Positions 48,714-59,070 are shown, counted from the stretch's first letter. The stretch: 64,000 bases of DNA from Polyangiaceae bacterium (GCA_965222375.1 CBDCTZ010000014.1:1184001-1248000); one strand, 5' to 3'. The notes: generated from the letters alone by a model not told the origin. A program made the numbers and translations.

Positions 48714-50203
48714 TAGGCGCTGAAGCTGCGCATGGTCCAGTCCGTGCCGTGGGTGTTGGCGCCCAAGCGTACGACGTCCGACGCGCCCGGCTGGTGCGGG
48801 AAAGACTGGTAATCGACCTCGAAACTCTCGCGCAGAAGTCCAGTTTCGAAGATGCGTACGCTGAGGAATTTGGGTGCCGGCGAACCGTCCATCTTTTCAT
48901 GCACGTGCACCCGCAGCAGGTATTCGGCGTTCTTCGTGCCCCAGGCTACGGGCGTTTGGCCGATCTCCGCGAAGCCCCCGGTGACGAAGCCCATGTGCTT
49001 CATCACGCCGCCGGTTCCAGAGGGTGGCACGTCAAGGTTGATGCTCCAGGTACTTGGTGGGGCCAGGTCTCCAGCTGGGCCCGCCACATTCAGGTTGAGC
49101 GCGAAGGAGTTCAGCCCCGAGACCGGCCCCCCAGCGTCGTGAGTTCGGAACAAGGTCTCGACGGCGTAGGGCCTTCCCGGCGCAACGCTGGTGTCGCGGC
49201 GAACCAGGTGTTGGTTGGCGCCTCCCAAGTCCTCCATCGTCAACTGATCGTCGTTGGCTTGATATTTGAACGCGCCCGGGCCGGTGTGAGGATCCCAGAT
49301 GCCGTGAGCTACCACGCCGTCGAAGTCCGTGACGATCGTCTTGCTCCAGCTACGGCCCGCGGCCCAGTCGATTCCGCCCGCGACGTGCTGCACGAAGGCT
49401 GATTCATCCCAGCTGGCTTCGGTGTGCCCGAGGGCGGTGTAAAACGAGCGACCTCCGTCGAACTTCTGGTACCAGGCGATGGGGTGGTCACTGCCCATGG
49501 CGGACCCTCCCGGGGTGTAGGTCGATTCATCTAGTGAGATGAGTACGTTCACGTTGGCGCGGGGAGACGCCTGAAATGAGTAGTACTCGTCCGTGCGTGA
49601 CCAGTTCAGCGGAAGGTGCGCGGTGGACAGGTGGCCGCCACGCTCGACGACCAACCCGCCTTGCTGGATCGCTGGGTGGCTGGAGAAGAAGGCGCCCACC
49701 AGGGAGCCGTACCAAGCCCAGCCGTACTCGGTGTCTGTGGCAGAGTGCACACCCACGAAACCGCCGCCGCCCTGGATGAAGCGCTCGAAGGCGGATTGCT
49801 CCGGATCGGTCAGCATGTCGCCAGACGTCATCAAGAACACGACCACGTCGAACTCCGCCAACCCTGAGTCGCTGAACAGGCTGGCGTCTTCGCTGGCCGT
49901 CACCGCCCAGTCGCGAGCAGGCCCAAGGGCGCCGAGGGTGGCGGCCGCTTTCTCAATCGATGTGTGGCGAAACCCGGCCGTCTTGCTGAACAGCAAGATG
50001 CGTGCGGTCTTGCCGGCGTCGGTGGCGCCATCCGCCGCTGCATCCACGCCGGCCTCCGCGCCCGCGTCCGCTTGGGCGTCGCGGCCGGCCTCCGACGGAC
50101 TGTCGCTGCCCGCGTCCTTCGGCGGCGAGCCGCTGTCGGCATCATCCGAACACGCCGCACACAGCAGCGCGCCCATCGCCCAAGCCATGACCCGATGACG
50201 CAT
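48701..50203 (-). CDS. ThuA-domain lipoprotein
   Basis: LLFSKTAGFRHTSI, GGGFVGVHSA, GRSFYTALGH. Confidence 0.85.
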   Translation of the reverse strand: MRHRVMAWAMGALLCAACSDDADSGSPPKDAGSDSPSEAGRDAQADAGAEAGVDAAADGATDAGKTARILLFSKTAGFRHTSIEKAAATLGALGPARDWAVTASEDASLFSDSGLAEFDVVVFLMTSGDMLTDPEQSAFERFIQGGGGFVGVHSATDTEYGWAWYGSLVGAFFSSHPAIQQGGLVVERGGHLSTAHLPLNWSRTDEYYSFQASPRANVNVLISLDESTYTPGGSAMGSDHPIAWYQKFDGGRSFYTALGHTEASWDESAFVQHVAGGIDWAAGRSWSKTIVTDFDGVVAHGIWDPHTGPGAFKYQANDDQLTMEDLGGANQHLVRRDTSVAPGRPYAVETLFRTHDAGGPVSGLNSFALNLNVAGPAGDLAPPSTWSINLDVPPSGTGGVMKHMGFVTGGFAEIGQTPVAWGTKNAEYLLRVHVHEKMDGSPAPKFLSVRIFETGLLRESFEVDYQSFPHQPGASDVVRLGANTHGTDWTMRSFSAYYLD

Positions 50204-50246
50204 GCAGCCAGCGTAGCATGCGCCAGCTGCGCTCAACTTCGATGGT

Positions 50247-50792
50247 TCAGCCGCGACGCCGACGCAGGGCAACGGCGACGCCCGCCAACAGCAGCGCCAG
50301 CCCAGTGGGCGCGCCCTTGTTGCTGACGCGACAGCCACACCCGCCGTCATCTCCACTCGAGCCGCCAGGAGCGTTACCCGATCCACCGCCACTCACGCTA
50401 CCGCCGCTGCCACTCGTGGTGCCGCCGGTCGCGCTCCCCGCGCTGCCACCCGCCGCCGCTCCGGCGCTGCCTCCGCTCGCAGCGCCCGCGCTGCCGGCAG
50501 TCCCCGCGCCGCCGCCTGCTCCCGCGCTGCCGACTAGCTTGCATTTACCCGTCGCGACGCAACTGGGCATACCATTGGAATCCACCGCGCAGCCCTGGCC
50601 CGGACAGCAGATCATGAGCTTGCCACCGCAACCGGGGTCTTCGTTCCACTCGACGCACACGGCGTCCGCGCTGATGCCCTTGCAATCTGCTGCGGAGGTG
50701 CAGGTTGGGCACCCGCCCGCCAATGCCAGAGGCGAGAAAAGCACGGTGGCGGAAAAGCCAAGGATGGCGGCGGTGGTTCGAATGCTGAGCAT
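50247..50792 (-). CDS. Small Cys-rich MYXO-CTERM sorted protein
   Basis: C-terminal GGCGCRV...LALLLAGVAVALRRRRG. Confidence 0.85.
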   Translation of the reverse strand: MLSIRTTAAILGFSATVLFSPLALAGGCPTCTSAADCKGISADAVCVEWNEDPGCGGKLMICCPGQGCAVDSNGMPSCVATGKCKLVGSAGAGGGAGTAGSAGAASGGSAGAAAGGSAGSATGGTTSGSGGSVSGGGSGNAPGGSSGDDGGCGCRVSNKGAPTGLALLLAGVAVALRRRRG

Positions 50793-50873
50793 GGTGGTAC
50801 CTCCTCGGCTGGCAGCCTACGCCGCCGTGGCCGGCGAACTCAAGGTTTCGCCAGAAGCGTCGTTAGTGGCAGT

Positions 50874-51863
50874 ATGTATTTCTGCCGGTCGCGTGGGCTG
50901 TCGTATCTCGTGGTTTCCGTCGTGCCCTTGTTGCTGGCGTGCTCGGGAGAGAAGTTCGGCGGCCCCGAGCCTTCGAGCGGCGCGGGTGCTTCGGGTGCCG
51001 CTGGCGCGGGCTTCGGTGGCCGTGCCGCGGGGGCTGGTGGGGCGCAGGGTGGTGGTGCTGGTTCCGCTTCTGGGGGCAGCGCGGGCGCGCTGACGGCGGG
51101 AGCTCCCGGCTCCGGAGGCAGTGGGGGCAGCTCCAGTGGATGCAGCAGCGCTGGTGATTGCGCCACAGGTGTGTGCGTATCAGGAGTCTGCGTTCACGCC
51201 GCGAACTGCAAGAAGATCCTGGATGCCTCGGGTGCTCTTGCCGACGGCGTCTATTCCATCGATATCGATGCTGACGGTCCGCATGCGGCCATCGACGCGC
51301 AGTGCGACTTTTCCACTCAAGGTGGCGGTTGGACGCTGGTGTTGAATTACTTGCACCAGGGTGGCGGCAATCCAGAGCTGAGTGCTCTCGGAGATCGGCT
51401 TCCGATTCTGTCTCTAGGGGGCAAGCTCGGACACGACGAGAGCAAGCAGTCTGCGCACTGGGGCCATGCGGTGCCCGCGCTCCTGGCGCAGCTTCAGTTC
51501 AGCGAAACCCGTTGGCAAGCAGCGACCAGCGCGCACCCTCGAATCGTGCATTTCAGGAACACATCGCCCATGTTGGTCGCCTATCTACGCACGGGAAAAG
51601 GTGGAATTTGTAGCCAAGCCAGCGAAGTGTTCGGCGCCACTCATTCGTTCCTCTTGCCCGACCACAGTGCACGCATGCCTCAAGCAACCACGTCGCTGAC
51701 CTTGGGTAATTGTGACAAGGGCGATGCAGCACTGACCGAGTTTCCCTTTTTCTCCAAAGCTGAGGCCCATTGGGGGATCCGAGGTGAAAGCGGTCGCTGG
51801 GAAGCCGACGATAGCTTGGCGGGTGCTGGCAACGACACGCTTCATCGGGTTTGGGTGCGTTAG
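50874..51863 (+). CDS. Lipoprotein with a fibrinogen-like domain
   Basis: Lipobox LLAC; NCKKIL...DGVYSID...CDF...GGGWTLV. Confidence 0.75.
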   Translation: MYFCRSRGLSYLVVSVVPLLLACSGEKFGGPEPSSGAGASGAAGAGFGGRAAGAGGAQGGGAGSASGGSAGALTAGAPGSGGSGGSSSGCSSAGDCATGVCVSGVCVHAANCKKILDASGALADGVYSIDIDADGPHAAIDAQCDFSTQGGGWTLVLNYLHQGGGNPELSALGDRLPILSLGGKLGHDESKQSAHWGHAVPALLAQLQFSETRWQAATSAHPRIVHFRNTSPMLVAYLRTGKGGICSQASEVFGATHSFLLPDHSARMPQATTSLTLGNCDKGDAALTEFPFFSKAEAHWGIRGESGRWEADDSLAGAGNDTLHRVWVR

Positions 51864-51865
51864 TG

Positions 51866-52354
51866 TCACTCCACGCTGACAACATCGTACTCATCTGTGC
51901 GGTCGTTCACTTCGACGTCGATGTTGTCTCCAGCGACCGCACCAATCAGTGCGCCACCGAGCGGTGAAGCCGGGGTGACGACGCGGACCTTTCGACCCCG
52001 ATGCTGCACCGCGATTCCCGCGCCCGCGGGCAAGAGAAACACGACTCGGGTGGCATGCCCTGCGCGCAGTGTGACGAGGGCGCCCACGGCGATGGGTGAA
52101 CCCTTCGAGAAGTCCGCGCACTCGACTTGCTGGATTCGCAAGTGAGCCGTTTCGAGTTCCGCCACGCGCATGGCCTGGCCCCGCGCTAGGTAGGAAGCTT
52201 CGGTTGCGCGCATGTCCTTGTCGCCCTCGGCGCGGTTGTCCTCGTGCACGGCGCCCTCCTGGGACGCGCGTTGAGCGGCAACCAGAGTGCGGAGTTCTTC
52301 GGCCAGCTGCTCCGCGATCTGGCTGAGCAGGGCTCGCTTTTCGGCGACGCTCAT
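51866..52354 (-). CDS. GreA/GreB-family elongation factor-like protein
   Basis: EASYLARGQ, VTPASPLGGALIG...GD. Confidence 0.85.
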   Translation of the reverse strand: MSVAEKRALLSQIAEQLAEELRTLVAAQRASQEGAVHEDNRAEGDKDMRATEASYLARGQAMRVAELETAHLRIQQVECADFSKGSPIAVGALVTLRAGHATRVVFLLPAGAGIAVQHRGRKVRVVTPASPLGGALIGAVAGDNIDVEVNDRTDEYDVVSVE

Positions 52355-52442
52355 GGGATCTTTCGACACGATGCCGCAGCCAAATACGCCTGGCTTGCTA
52401 TTTCTGCTGGCGTGCGGCCGGCCGGCCGGTATAGTTCCCCCC

Positions 52443-53687
52443 ATGCGGGCGGTAACCTGGCTCTCGGCGGCCTTGATCAGCGTGGCTTGTGGCTCCAGCG
52501 ATGACTCAAAAGGGGGTGGCGGTGGCAGCGCCGGCGCTGCGGGAGGCGCGGGCGCTTCCGGTGCCTCGGGGAGCGGCGGCAGCACGGGCGGAGCGACCGC
52601 GACGGGAGGAAGTGCGGGCTCGGGCGGCTTGGCGGGCACAGCCGGTAGCGGTGGCAGTGCAGGGCTCGACGGTGGCGCGGGCCAAGCGGGAAGCGCGGGC
52701 GCCGACGGTGGTATCTCCGACGGAGGTGGTGTCGATGGCGGCAAGCTGACCGCCGCCGCGTGCTTTGCCAAACAGTTCGTCAACTCGCAAACGCTGGGTC
52801 CCGACTACGATCAATTCAATCCCGTGATCGGATCCCATTGCAACGGCACGAACCACCAGAAGATCCAAGGCATCCAACGCGTGGTCTTCCTCGGAGATTC
52901 GATCACGGTCGGCACGCCGCCGACCAACATCAACCCGGCCGCCGTCTACAGAGCGATCGTGTCGAAGTCCCTGGCGCCGAAGTTGGGCGTGAAGGCCGCG
53001 GGCTTTGGCTGGGGCGGGGCCGATCCCTTTAGCGGGACCGCGTTCCCCAAAGAGTCCGGAGACTTCGTGAGCTGCTCCAAATGGGGGGCACGCACCGACG
53101 ACTTGATGAAAGACGGCAATCAGGTCGTGGACTGCATTCCTCCCAACAAACGACACTTGAAACACCTGGTAATCATGACCATGGGGGGCAATGACATCGC
53201 CGCGATCACCAAGGATGGTGGCGGCAGCAGTCCCTCCAAGACGATTCCTCAGCTGTGGCAAGACACCAAAGACTTCGTCAAACACCTCCGTGATGCGGTG
53301 GAGTGGATGAAGAACCCCGCCAACGTGCCCGGTGGCGTGGACGTGGTCTTCGCCAACATGTACGAGTTTACGGATGGCACTGGCGCGACCAATTCTTGCG
53401 TGACCGCGAGCCTTGGCGGCATCGAGCCTTGGAAAGATGTGAAACCCCTCACCGACATGGTGATTTGGGCGAACGAGCAGTACATGAAGATCGCGGTCGA
53501 TACCCAGTCGGATATGGTCTTCGCCCTGGAGGCGTTTTGCGGCCACGGCTACAAGCGGGATGACCCCACGGGGCCCTGCTATCGGGGACCGGGCCAACCC
53601 CTCTGGTTCGACGTCACTTGCATTCACCCGAGCAACGCGGGTCACGTGGCCATGGCGAGCCTGTTCGATACCACCGTCTCCGAGTGA
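52443..53687 (+). CDS. SGNH/GDSL hydrolase lipoprotein
   Basis: FLGDSIT, GGND, D..CIHP; lipobox VAC. Confidence 0.85.
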   Translation: MRAVTWLSAALISVACGSSDDSKGGGGGSAGAAGGAGASGASGSGGSTGGATATGGSAGSGGLAGTAGSGGSAGLDGGAGQAGSAGADGGISDGGGVDGGKLTAAACFAKQFVNSQTLGPDYDQFNPVIGSHCNGTNHQKIQGIQRVVFLGDSITVGTPPTNINPAAVYRAIVSKSLAPKLGVKAAGFGWGGADPFSGTAFPKESGDFVSCSKWGARTDDLMKDGNQVVDCIPPNKRHLKHLVIMTMGGNDIAAITKDGGGSSPSKTIPQLWQDTKDFVKHLRDAVEWMKNPANVPGGVDVVFANMYEFTDGTGATNSCVTASLGGIEPWKDVKPLTDMVIWANEQYMKIAVDTQSDMVFALEAFCGHGYKRDDPTGPCYRGPGQPLWFDVTCIHPSNAGHVAMASLFDTTVSE

Positions 53688-53690
53688 TCG

Positions 53691-55322
53691 TCAGTCCGTG
53701 GAGGGCGTCGGTTCCATCCGTTCGGAGAAGTTGACGGTTAGCGCGGTAGGCGGTGAGGCACTGGACGTCGCGCCGGCCTCCAATTCCGGCCGCTGTCGCC
53801 ACCAGTCTCGGGCGTGCTGCTCGGTCCAGCGCGGGGTGGCGCACTGCGCAAGTGCGAGGCGAAGCGCCGTGGCGCTTTCGGGGCGCTGCTTCGGGTCCTT
53901 GGCCAGACACTTCATGATGAGCTCCTCCAGGACCGGATCCGGCGACGTTTCGAGTCTCTCGGTTGGGCGCATCGGCCGCTCGTGCAGATGCGCAGCGCAC
54001 ACCTCCATGACACTGTCCGCGCTGAACACCGGTGAGCCAGTGAGCAGGAAGTAGCCCACCGCTCCGAGGGAATAGAGGTCGCTGCTCGGCCCCGCTGCTT
54101 GCGGATCCTTGATGACCTCGGGTGCCATGTACAACGGCGTGCCCAGCAGGGTGTTGACCACGCTCAGCTTCTCGTCGCCAGGCGCGTTCGCCGTGTCGGC
54201 GTCCTTGACCAGCCCGAAGTCCACGACCTTCGCTGTATCCGGGATGCCGCCTCGCTCGCATAAGACGATGTTGGCGGGCTTGATGTCCCGGTGCACCAAA
54301 CCAATCCCGTGCGCTTCCGCGAGAGAACCACACACCTGCTCCAGAATGTGCACGACTCGGGAGTCTTTTTGGGCGCCATCGCCCTCGACGAGTTGCTCCA
54401 GATCCACGCCGTCGAGAAGCTCCATGGCGTAGTAGAAGACTCCGTCTGGCGTGTGGCCGTAGTCGAATACCGCCACGGTGTTCGGATGCGTCAGCTTTGC
54501 GGTCAGCCGTACCTCTCTCTCGAAGCGAGACAGGGCGGCGCGCCCGGCGCGCTCTGGGGGCAGCAACTTGATCGCAGTGGGGCGCCTCAGTAGGGCGTGC
54601 CGCGCCCGATAGACCACTCCCATGCCGCCCTGGCCGATCTTGTCGAGAAGCTCGTACTGGCCCAGGCGCTGCGCTTTCGCGGCCTGTTCGCGCAGGCCGT
54701 AGATCACCTTGGAGGCGATCGTTGCCATGGCGACGATGACGCTGCCCCACAACACGACGTTCACGGGCGCAAGCACGTAGGCGACTGCCACCTCGGATTG
54801 GAGGGTGGGCCCCGTGTGCAGCGACACGACCAGTGCGGGGACACAGCAGAGCGAGGTCACGAAGAGGGTCTGTTTCCAACTGCTCGGCACCAACACGCTA
54901 CGCAGCACCAGGAGCGACATGAGGATGAGCATCATCAACAGATCCGGACGCGTGTTGCCCGTCAGGATCGAGTAGTGGGCCATCACCCCGTAGCCCGTGG
55001 AGATGCCCACGTTGGCAGCGGCGTCCCAAAACACGATGGCGCGCGCGCTGGGCATGCCGGAGCGCAGTCCGAGCCAAAGCGCCGCCGAGGCGACTAGCGC
55101 GCCTACGTGCCAAACCACCCAAGGCTCCGTGAGAGCGTCTTGCCCAGTGTAGTTCGGCACCAGCGCCGTGCTCGCAGCGGATCCGACGAACAGGAAAAAC
55201 GAAGAAATGTAGGTGGCCACCCGGCCAAAGGCGCTCAGCCGCTTTTGCAGGAACTCGCGGCCTTCTTCGGTGTCCAGCGCAACGGCCATGGAGCCGAAGC
55301 CGGAACCCTGCGAACTCCCCAT
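53691..55322 (-). CDS. Membrane Ser/Thr protein kinase
   Basis: N-terminal TM helices; IGQGGMGVVY, AIK, HRDIKPAN, DFG, GTPLYMAPE. Confidence 0.93.
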   Translation of the reverse strand: MGSSQGSGFGSMAVALDTEEGREFLQKRLSAFGRVATYISSFFLFVGSAASTALVPNYTGQDALTEPWVVWHVGALVASAALWLGLRSGMPSARAIVFWDAAANVGISTGYGVMAHYSILTGNTRPDLLMMLILMSLLVLRSVLVPSSWKQTLFVTSLCCVPALVVSLHTGPTLQSEVAVAYVLAPVNVVLWGSVIVAMATIASKVIYGLREQAAKAQRLGQYELLDKIGQGGMGVVYRARHALLRRPTAIKLLPPERAGRAALSRFEREVRLTAKLTHPNTVAVFDYGHTPDGVFYYAMELLDGVDLEQLVEGDGAQKDSRVVHILEQVCGSLAEAHGIGLVHRDIKPANIVLCERGGIPDTAKVVDFGLVKDADTANAPGDEKLSVVNTLLGTPLYMAPEVIKDPQAAGPSSDLYSLGAVGYFLLTGSPVFSADSVMEVCAAHLHERPMRPTERLETSPDPVLEELIMKCLAKDPKQRPESATALRLALAQCATPRWTEQHARDWWRQRPELEAGATSSASPPTALTVNFSERMEPTPSTD

Positions 55323-55345
55323 GGCCGCGCAGTATACTCGTTTGC

Positions 55346-57550
55346 GTGGATGGGACAGACAAAGCTGGCGCCGGCGTAGTTCGCACGGCAACGCTGGCCG
55401 TCGGGCTGACCGTCGCCGCGCTCGTGGTGGCGAAGGCCTCTCGCGACGCGTTGTTCCTGACGACCTACGACGTGCGTCAGTTGCCCAACCTGATGGCAGC
55501 GGCTGCCGTTCTCTCTCTTGGGTCAGCGTTGCTCGCGGGGCGCGCGTTCGTTCGGCTGACGCCTGCTCGCGTCTTACCCACTCTGTTCGCAGTCAGCGGC
55601 GGGATGCATGGCATCGAGATCCTCTTGTTGCCCAGGATGCCGACCGTGGTGGCAGTGATGCTCTTCCTGCACATCGCCGCCTTCGGGGCGACTTCACTCG
55701 CCGGTGTTTGGGCGATTGTCAACGAGAGCTTCGACCCGCATCGGGCGAAACGGGCCGTTGCTCAGATCGCCCTTGGCGGGCCCGTCGGTGGTGTGGCGGG
55801 TGGCCTGCTCGGTCTCGCCCTCGCATACTGGGCGGGAGTCACTGCCGGCCTGTCCGTGCTCGTGCTCCTTTCCGCCAGTGCCGCATTCGTGGCGTACCGT
55901 ATGGGCGCGGCCGCCAAAGGCGGTGCGCGCCCGGTAGAGACGAAACGAGCGCCGGCTCCTAGCGGTGGCTACATCCGAGATCTGGGTGCCTTGGTCGCCT
56001 TGATAGCCATCGCAGGAGCCATCGCGGACTACTGGGTCAGCGCGCGCGCCGTCGAGGTGTTCAGTAGCGACGCTACGCTCATGTCCTTCTTCTCGGTTCT
56101 CCACATGGCGGTGGGCGTACTGGCCTTCCTGACCCAGGCCACGTTCGCGCGCACATCTTTGGAGAAGCTTGGGATTGCGGGCACGATCGGCATTCTACCC
56201 GGCGCGACCCTGGCACTATGTCTTGCTCCTTTCCTGACGCCGGCGCTATGGGCGGTAGTCGTGCTTCGGGGCGCCACCGGAACCCTAGCTGCGTCGCTCT
56301 ACCGAGCAGGCTACGAACTCCTGTACACGCCGCTGCCTGTGAAGCAGAAGCGCGCCGCCAAGTTGTTGGTCGATGTGGGTCTCGACCGAATCGGCACGGC
56401 TCTTGGCGCCGGATTGGTCAGCGTTTTGTTGATTTGGGCCCCGGGCGACGTGAGCCTGGCTACTGCGCTGGCCACGGCCTCGGTTTTGACCTTGGTGTTG
56501 TGCGTCAAACTACACACCGGTTACATCCGAGCCTTGGCCAGCAGCCTGAAGAGTGGTTCGGTTACTCTGGCCGGCTCGGACGTATTCGACTCTGCGACCC
56601 GCCGTACTCTTGCGGAGACCCAGGGCCTCAACCGCACCGAGCTACTCGCCGAAATCGAGCGGCGCCGGGCTGGGCAGCTAGACAGTGCCCCGCCCTCGGC
56701 GATGCCAAGCGTGCCGCCGCCCCCAGAAATGACTTTCGATGAGAGCATGATTGGGCTCCCGCGCACCGTGGAACTACTCCGCGGCACGACAGCCCAGGAA
56801 GATCCGGTGTTGGAGACCCTCACTCTGCTGCGCTCCGGTGGCGCAGCGGACATCCGCGCTCAGCTCGAACAACCCATCCAGCCAGAATGGGCGCCGCTGG
56901 TGATCGGGCTGTTGCGCCGCAAAGACGTCGCTCGCGCCGCAGTGAATGCGTTGCGGCGAGACGCACCACGTTACATCGGTCAGCTAGTGGATACGCTCCT
57001 TGATCCCGACCAAGACGAAGTCGTACGGCGTCGGGTTCCTCGGGTGCTGGAAAGAACTAGGGACGAGCGAGTGGTCGCCGGACTGGTCGAGGCACTTTTC
57101 GATTCGTCCATGCACGTGCGCACGCAATCTGGGCTCGCCTTGCTCGAACTCACGCGAAGGTTCCCGGACCTGCAGCTGCCGGAAGAACGCATTCTGGATT
57201 CGGTGCGCCGTGAACTCGATCGCGCCCGCGACGCCGAGCAAAGTGGAGCGCTCCAGCACGATCCAGAGCGTTGGGGCCAACAGGATCGCCGCCGCGTCGA
57301 ACAGGGCGTCGAGTTCTCCATGATTGCGCTCTCTCTCGTATTCGAGCGTGAGCCGCTGCAGTTGGCCTACAAGGCCCTGCAGGGCCAAGACGCGACCCTG
57401 CGAGGCACAGCACTGGAGTATTTCGAAACGGTGCTGCCCGACGACATCCGCCGTCGAAGCACAGGCTTCCTGCATTCAGTCGCGCCACGGGCCGAGCGCC
57501 GGCCCCGGGAGAAGCTCGTGGCGGAGTTGCTTCGAAGTCGCTCGGCGTGA
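55346..57550 (+). CDS. Npt1/ADP-ATP carrier-like MFS protein with C-terminal HEAT repeats
   Basis: KASRDALFL, ELLYTPLP...K..VD, GYIRAL; HEAT-like VRRRVPRVL, LRGTALEY. Confidence 0.75.
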   Translation: MDGTDKAGAGVVRTATLAVGLTVAALVVAKASRDALFLTTYDVRQLPNLMAAAAVLSLGSALLAGRAFVRLTPARVLPTLFAVSGGMHGIEILLLPRMPTVVAVMLFLHIAAFGATSLAGVWAIVNESFDPHRAKRAVAQIALGGPVGGVAGGLLGLALAYWAGVTAGLSVLVLLSASAAFVAYRMGAAAKGGARPVETKRAPAPSGGYIRDLGALVALIAIAGAIADYWVSARAVEVFSSDATLMSFFSVLHMAVGVLAFLTQATFARTSLEKLGIAGTIGILPGATLALCLAPFLTPALWAVVVLRGATGTLAASLYRAGYELLYTPLPVKQKRAAKLLVDVGLDRIGTALGAGLVSVLLIWAPGDVSLATALATASVLTLVLCVKLHTGYIRALASSLKSGSVTLAGSDVFDSATRRTLAETQGLNRTELLAEIERRRAGQLDSAPPSAMPSVPPPPEMTFDESMIGLPRTVELLRGTTAQEDPVLETLTLLRSGGAADIRAQLEQPIQPEWAPLVIGLLRRKDVARAAVNALRRDAPRYIGQLVDTLLDPDQDEVVRRRVPRVLERTRDERVVAGLVEALFDSSMHVRTQSGLALLELTRRFPDLQLPEERILDSVRRELDRARDAEQSGALQHDPERWGQQDRRRVEQGVEFSMIALSLVFEREPLQLAYKALQGQDATLRGTALEYFETVLPDDIRRRSTGFLHSVAPRAERRPREKLVAELLRSRSA

Positions 57551-57566
57551 GCGAGCTGGCGCTGGG

Positions 57567-57643
57567 CTACTGACACCGTACTGACAGTAGCGTCGCCGGC
57601 GAAAATGGCTGCTGACACCACCATGTCAGGAGGGTGTCAGTAG
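57567..57643 (+). promoter_or_regulatory. Putative WYL-regulator operator array (CTGACA-N6-TG[T/A]CAG boxes)
   Basis: CTGACA at 57570, 57581 and 57612; TGTCAG at 57624 and 57635; perfect 11-bp inverted repeat CTACTGACACC/GGTGTCAGTAG at the two ends. Confidence 0.65.
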
Positions 57644-57695
57644 GTTTCTCTCGGTCGGAAGCAGTTCGCAGCCGACGGAAAAGAGGAAATCAGAG

Positions 57696-58043
57696 ATGAC
57701 ATATCCAGTGGTTTGGTTCGAAGTGCTCGGCAACGATGGGGACGCACTGCAGCGCTATTACGCAGAGCTCTTCAGCTGGAAGATCAATGCCGACAACCCA
57801 ATGCGATACGGCATGGTGGAGGCGGCCGGCAAGGGAGGCATTCCTGGTGGCATTGCCAAGAAGGATGCTGCTCAGAAACACAACGTGACCTTCTATGTCG
57901 GTACGAAAGACATCGACGCGACTCTAGGGCGTGCCGAGAAGCTGGGTGGAAAGACGCTGATGCCCAAGACGAAGTTGCCCGAAGTAACCCTGGCGATGTT
58001 CGCGGATCCTCAGGGCAACGTCATCGGGCTCGTTGAGCAGTGA
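57696..58043 (+). CDS. VOC/glyoxalase-family protein
   Basis: VVWFEV...YYAELFSW, FADPQGNVIGL. Confidence 0.9.
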   Translation: MTYPVVWFEVLGNDGDALQRYYAELFSWKINADNPMRYGMVEAAGKGGIPGGIAKKDAAQKHNVTFYVGTKDIDATLGRAEKLGGKTLMPKTKLPEVTLAMFADPQGNVIGLVEQ

Positions 58044-58148
58044 CGAATTCGCGCAAGGAGCCGCGGCGAAATTGCCGCCGCGGCTCAGCTGCGCGAGGCG
58101 GCTTGCGCTCCGGGCGCCGTCTCGGCATGACCGTCCCAGGCTTTGAAC

Positions 58149-58850
58149 ATGCGCCGCGCGGACCGACTGTTTCAGATTATCCAGCTACTACGTCGCCGCC
58201 GGGTGACGACAGCCCAACAGCTCGCCGAGCGGCTGGAGGTTTCCGAACGGACCATCTATCGGGATGTGCGAGACTTGGTCGCAGCCGGCACACCCATCGA
58301 TGGCGAGGCGGGTGTCGGTTACACCCTGGGTAAGGGCTATGACCTGCCGCCGCTGATGTTCGATCGTGAAGAAATCGAGGCGCTTTCTCTCGGCGCTCGC
58401 ATCGTCGAGAGCTTCGCAGATGTAGAGTTGGCCCGCGCTGCCCGAACCGCGCTGTCGAAAGTGGAAAGCGTCCTGCCCGATTCCCTGAAGGGTCAGACGC
58501 AGCGCTCCCGATTGTTCTCCCCGGATCTGGGCCGCGGGCGTGCTTTGTCTCAGAGCTTGTTGCCGATTCGGACGGCGGTTAGCCAGCAGCGCAAGGTTCG
58601 TATTCGCTACGCACGCGCTGACGGGAAGCGCAGCATGCGCACGATTCGGCCCCTGGCGACCTTCTTCTGGGGCGCTTCCTGGACCGTCGCGGCCTACTGC
58701 GAGGTCAGGCAGGACTTTCGCAGCTTTCGACTCGACCGCATTGCGAAGCTCGAAGTGTTGACCCAGACCTTTGAGGCTGAAGCTGGCACGCGCCTCGAAG
58801 ATTTCTTGGCAGGGCTTGGCGGGGGCGCCGAGCGCCTACTCGAGCGCTGA
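58149..58850 (+). CDS. YafY-family HTH-WYL transcriptional regulator
   Basis: MRRADRLFQIIQLL, VSERTIYRD, GEAGVGY, FRSFRLDRI. Confidence 0.93.
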   Translation: MRRADRLFQIIQLLRRRRVTTAQQLAERLEVSERTIYRDVRDLVAAGTPIDGEAGVGYTLGKGYDLPPLMFDREEIEALSLGARIVESFADVELARAARTALSKVESVLPDSLKGQTQRSRLFSPDLGRGRALSQSLLPIRTAVSQQRKVRIRYARADGKRSMRTIRPLATFFWGASWTVAAYCEVRQDFRSFRLDRIAKLEVLTQTFEAEAGTRLEDFLAGLGGGAERLLER

Positions 58851-59070
58851 GCTGGGGGCCGCAGGGAATACGCGCTGCTCACCGATCTTCAGAAGAGCAA
58901 TGCGATCTGGACCGACGTTGCGTTGGCGCATGACCTGACGCAGCTGCCGGGGCGCATTGCCGACTTCGTTCCGGGAGTTGATGAACGTATCGAAATAGAT
59001 CGTCAGCATGTAGCGCGCGCCAAGGAGCTCGAAAGCCCGTACCGCCTCGTCCGGGCTGATGTGGTGTTGT
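58836..59070 (-). pseudogene. C-terminal remnant of an MBL-fold (NAPE-PLD/RomA-like) hydrolase
   Basis: HISPDEAVRAFELLGARYMLTIYFDTF resembles H..PEEA......LGA...PIHWGTF; no matching N-terminus. Confidence 0.5.
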
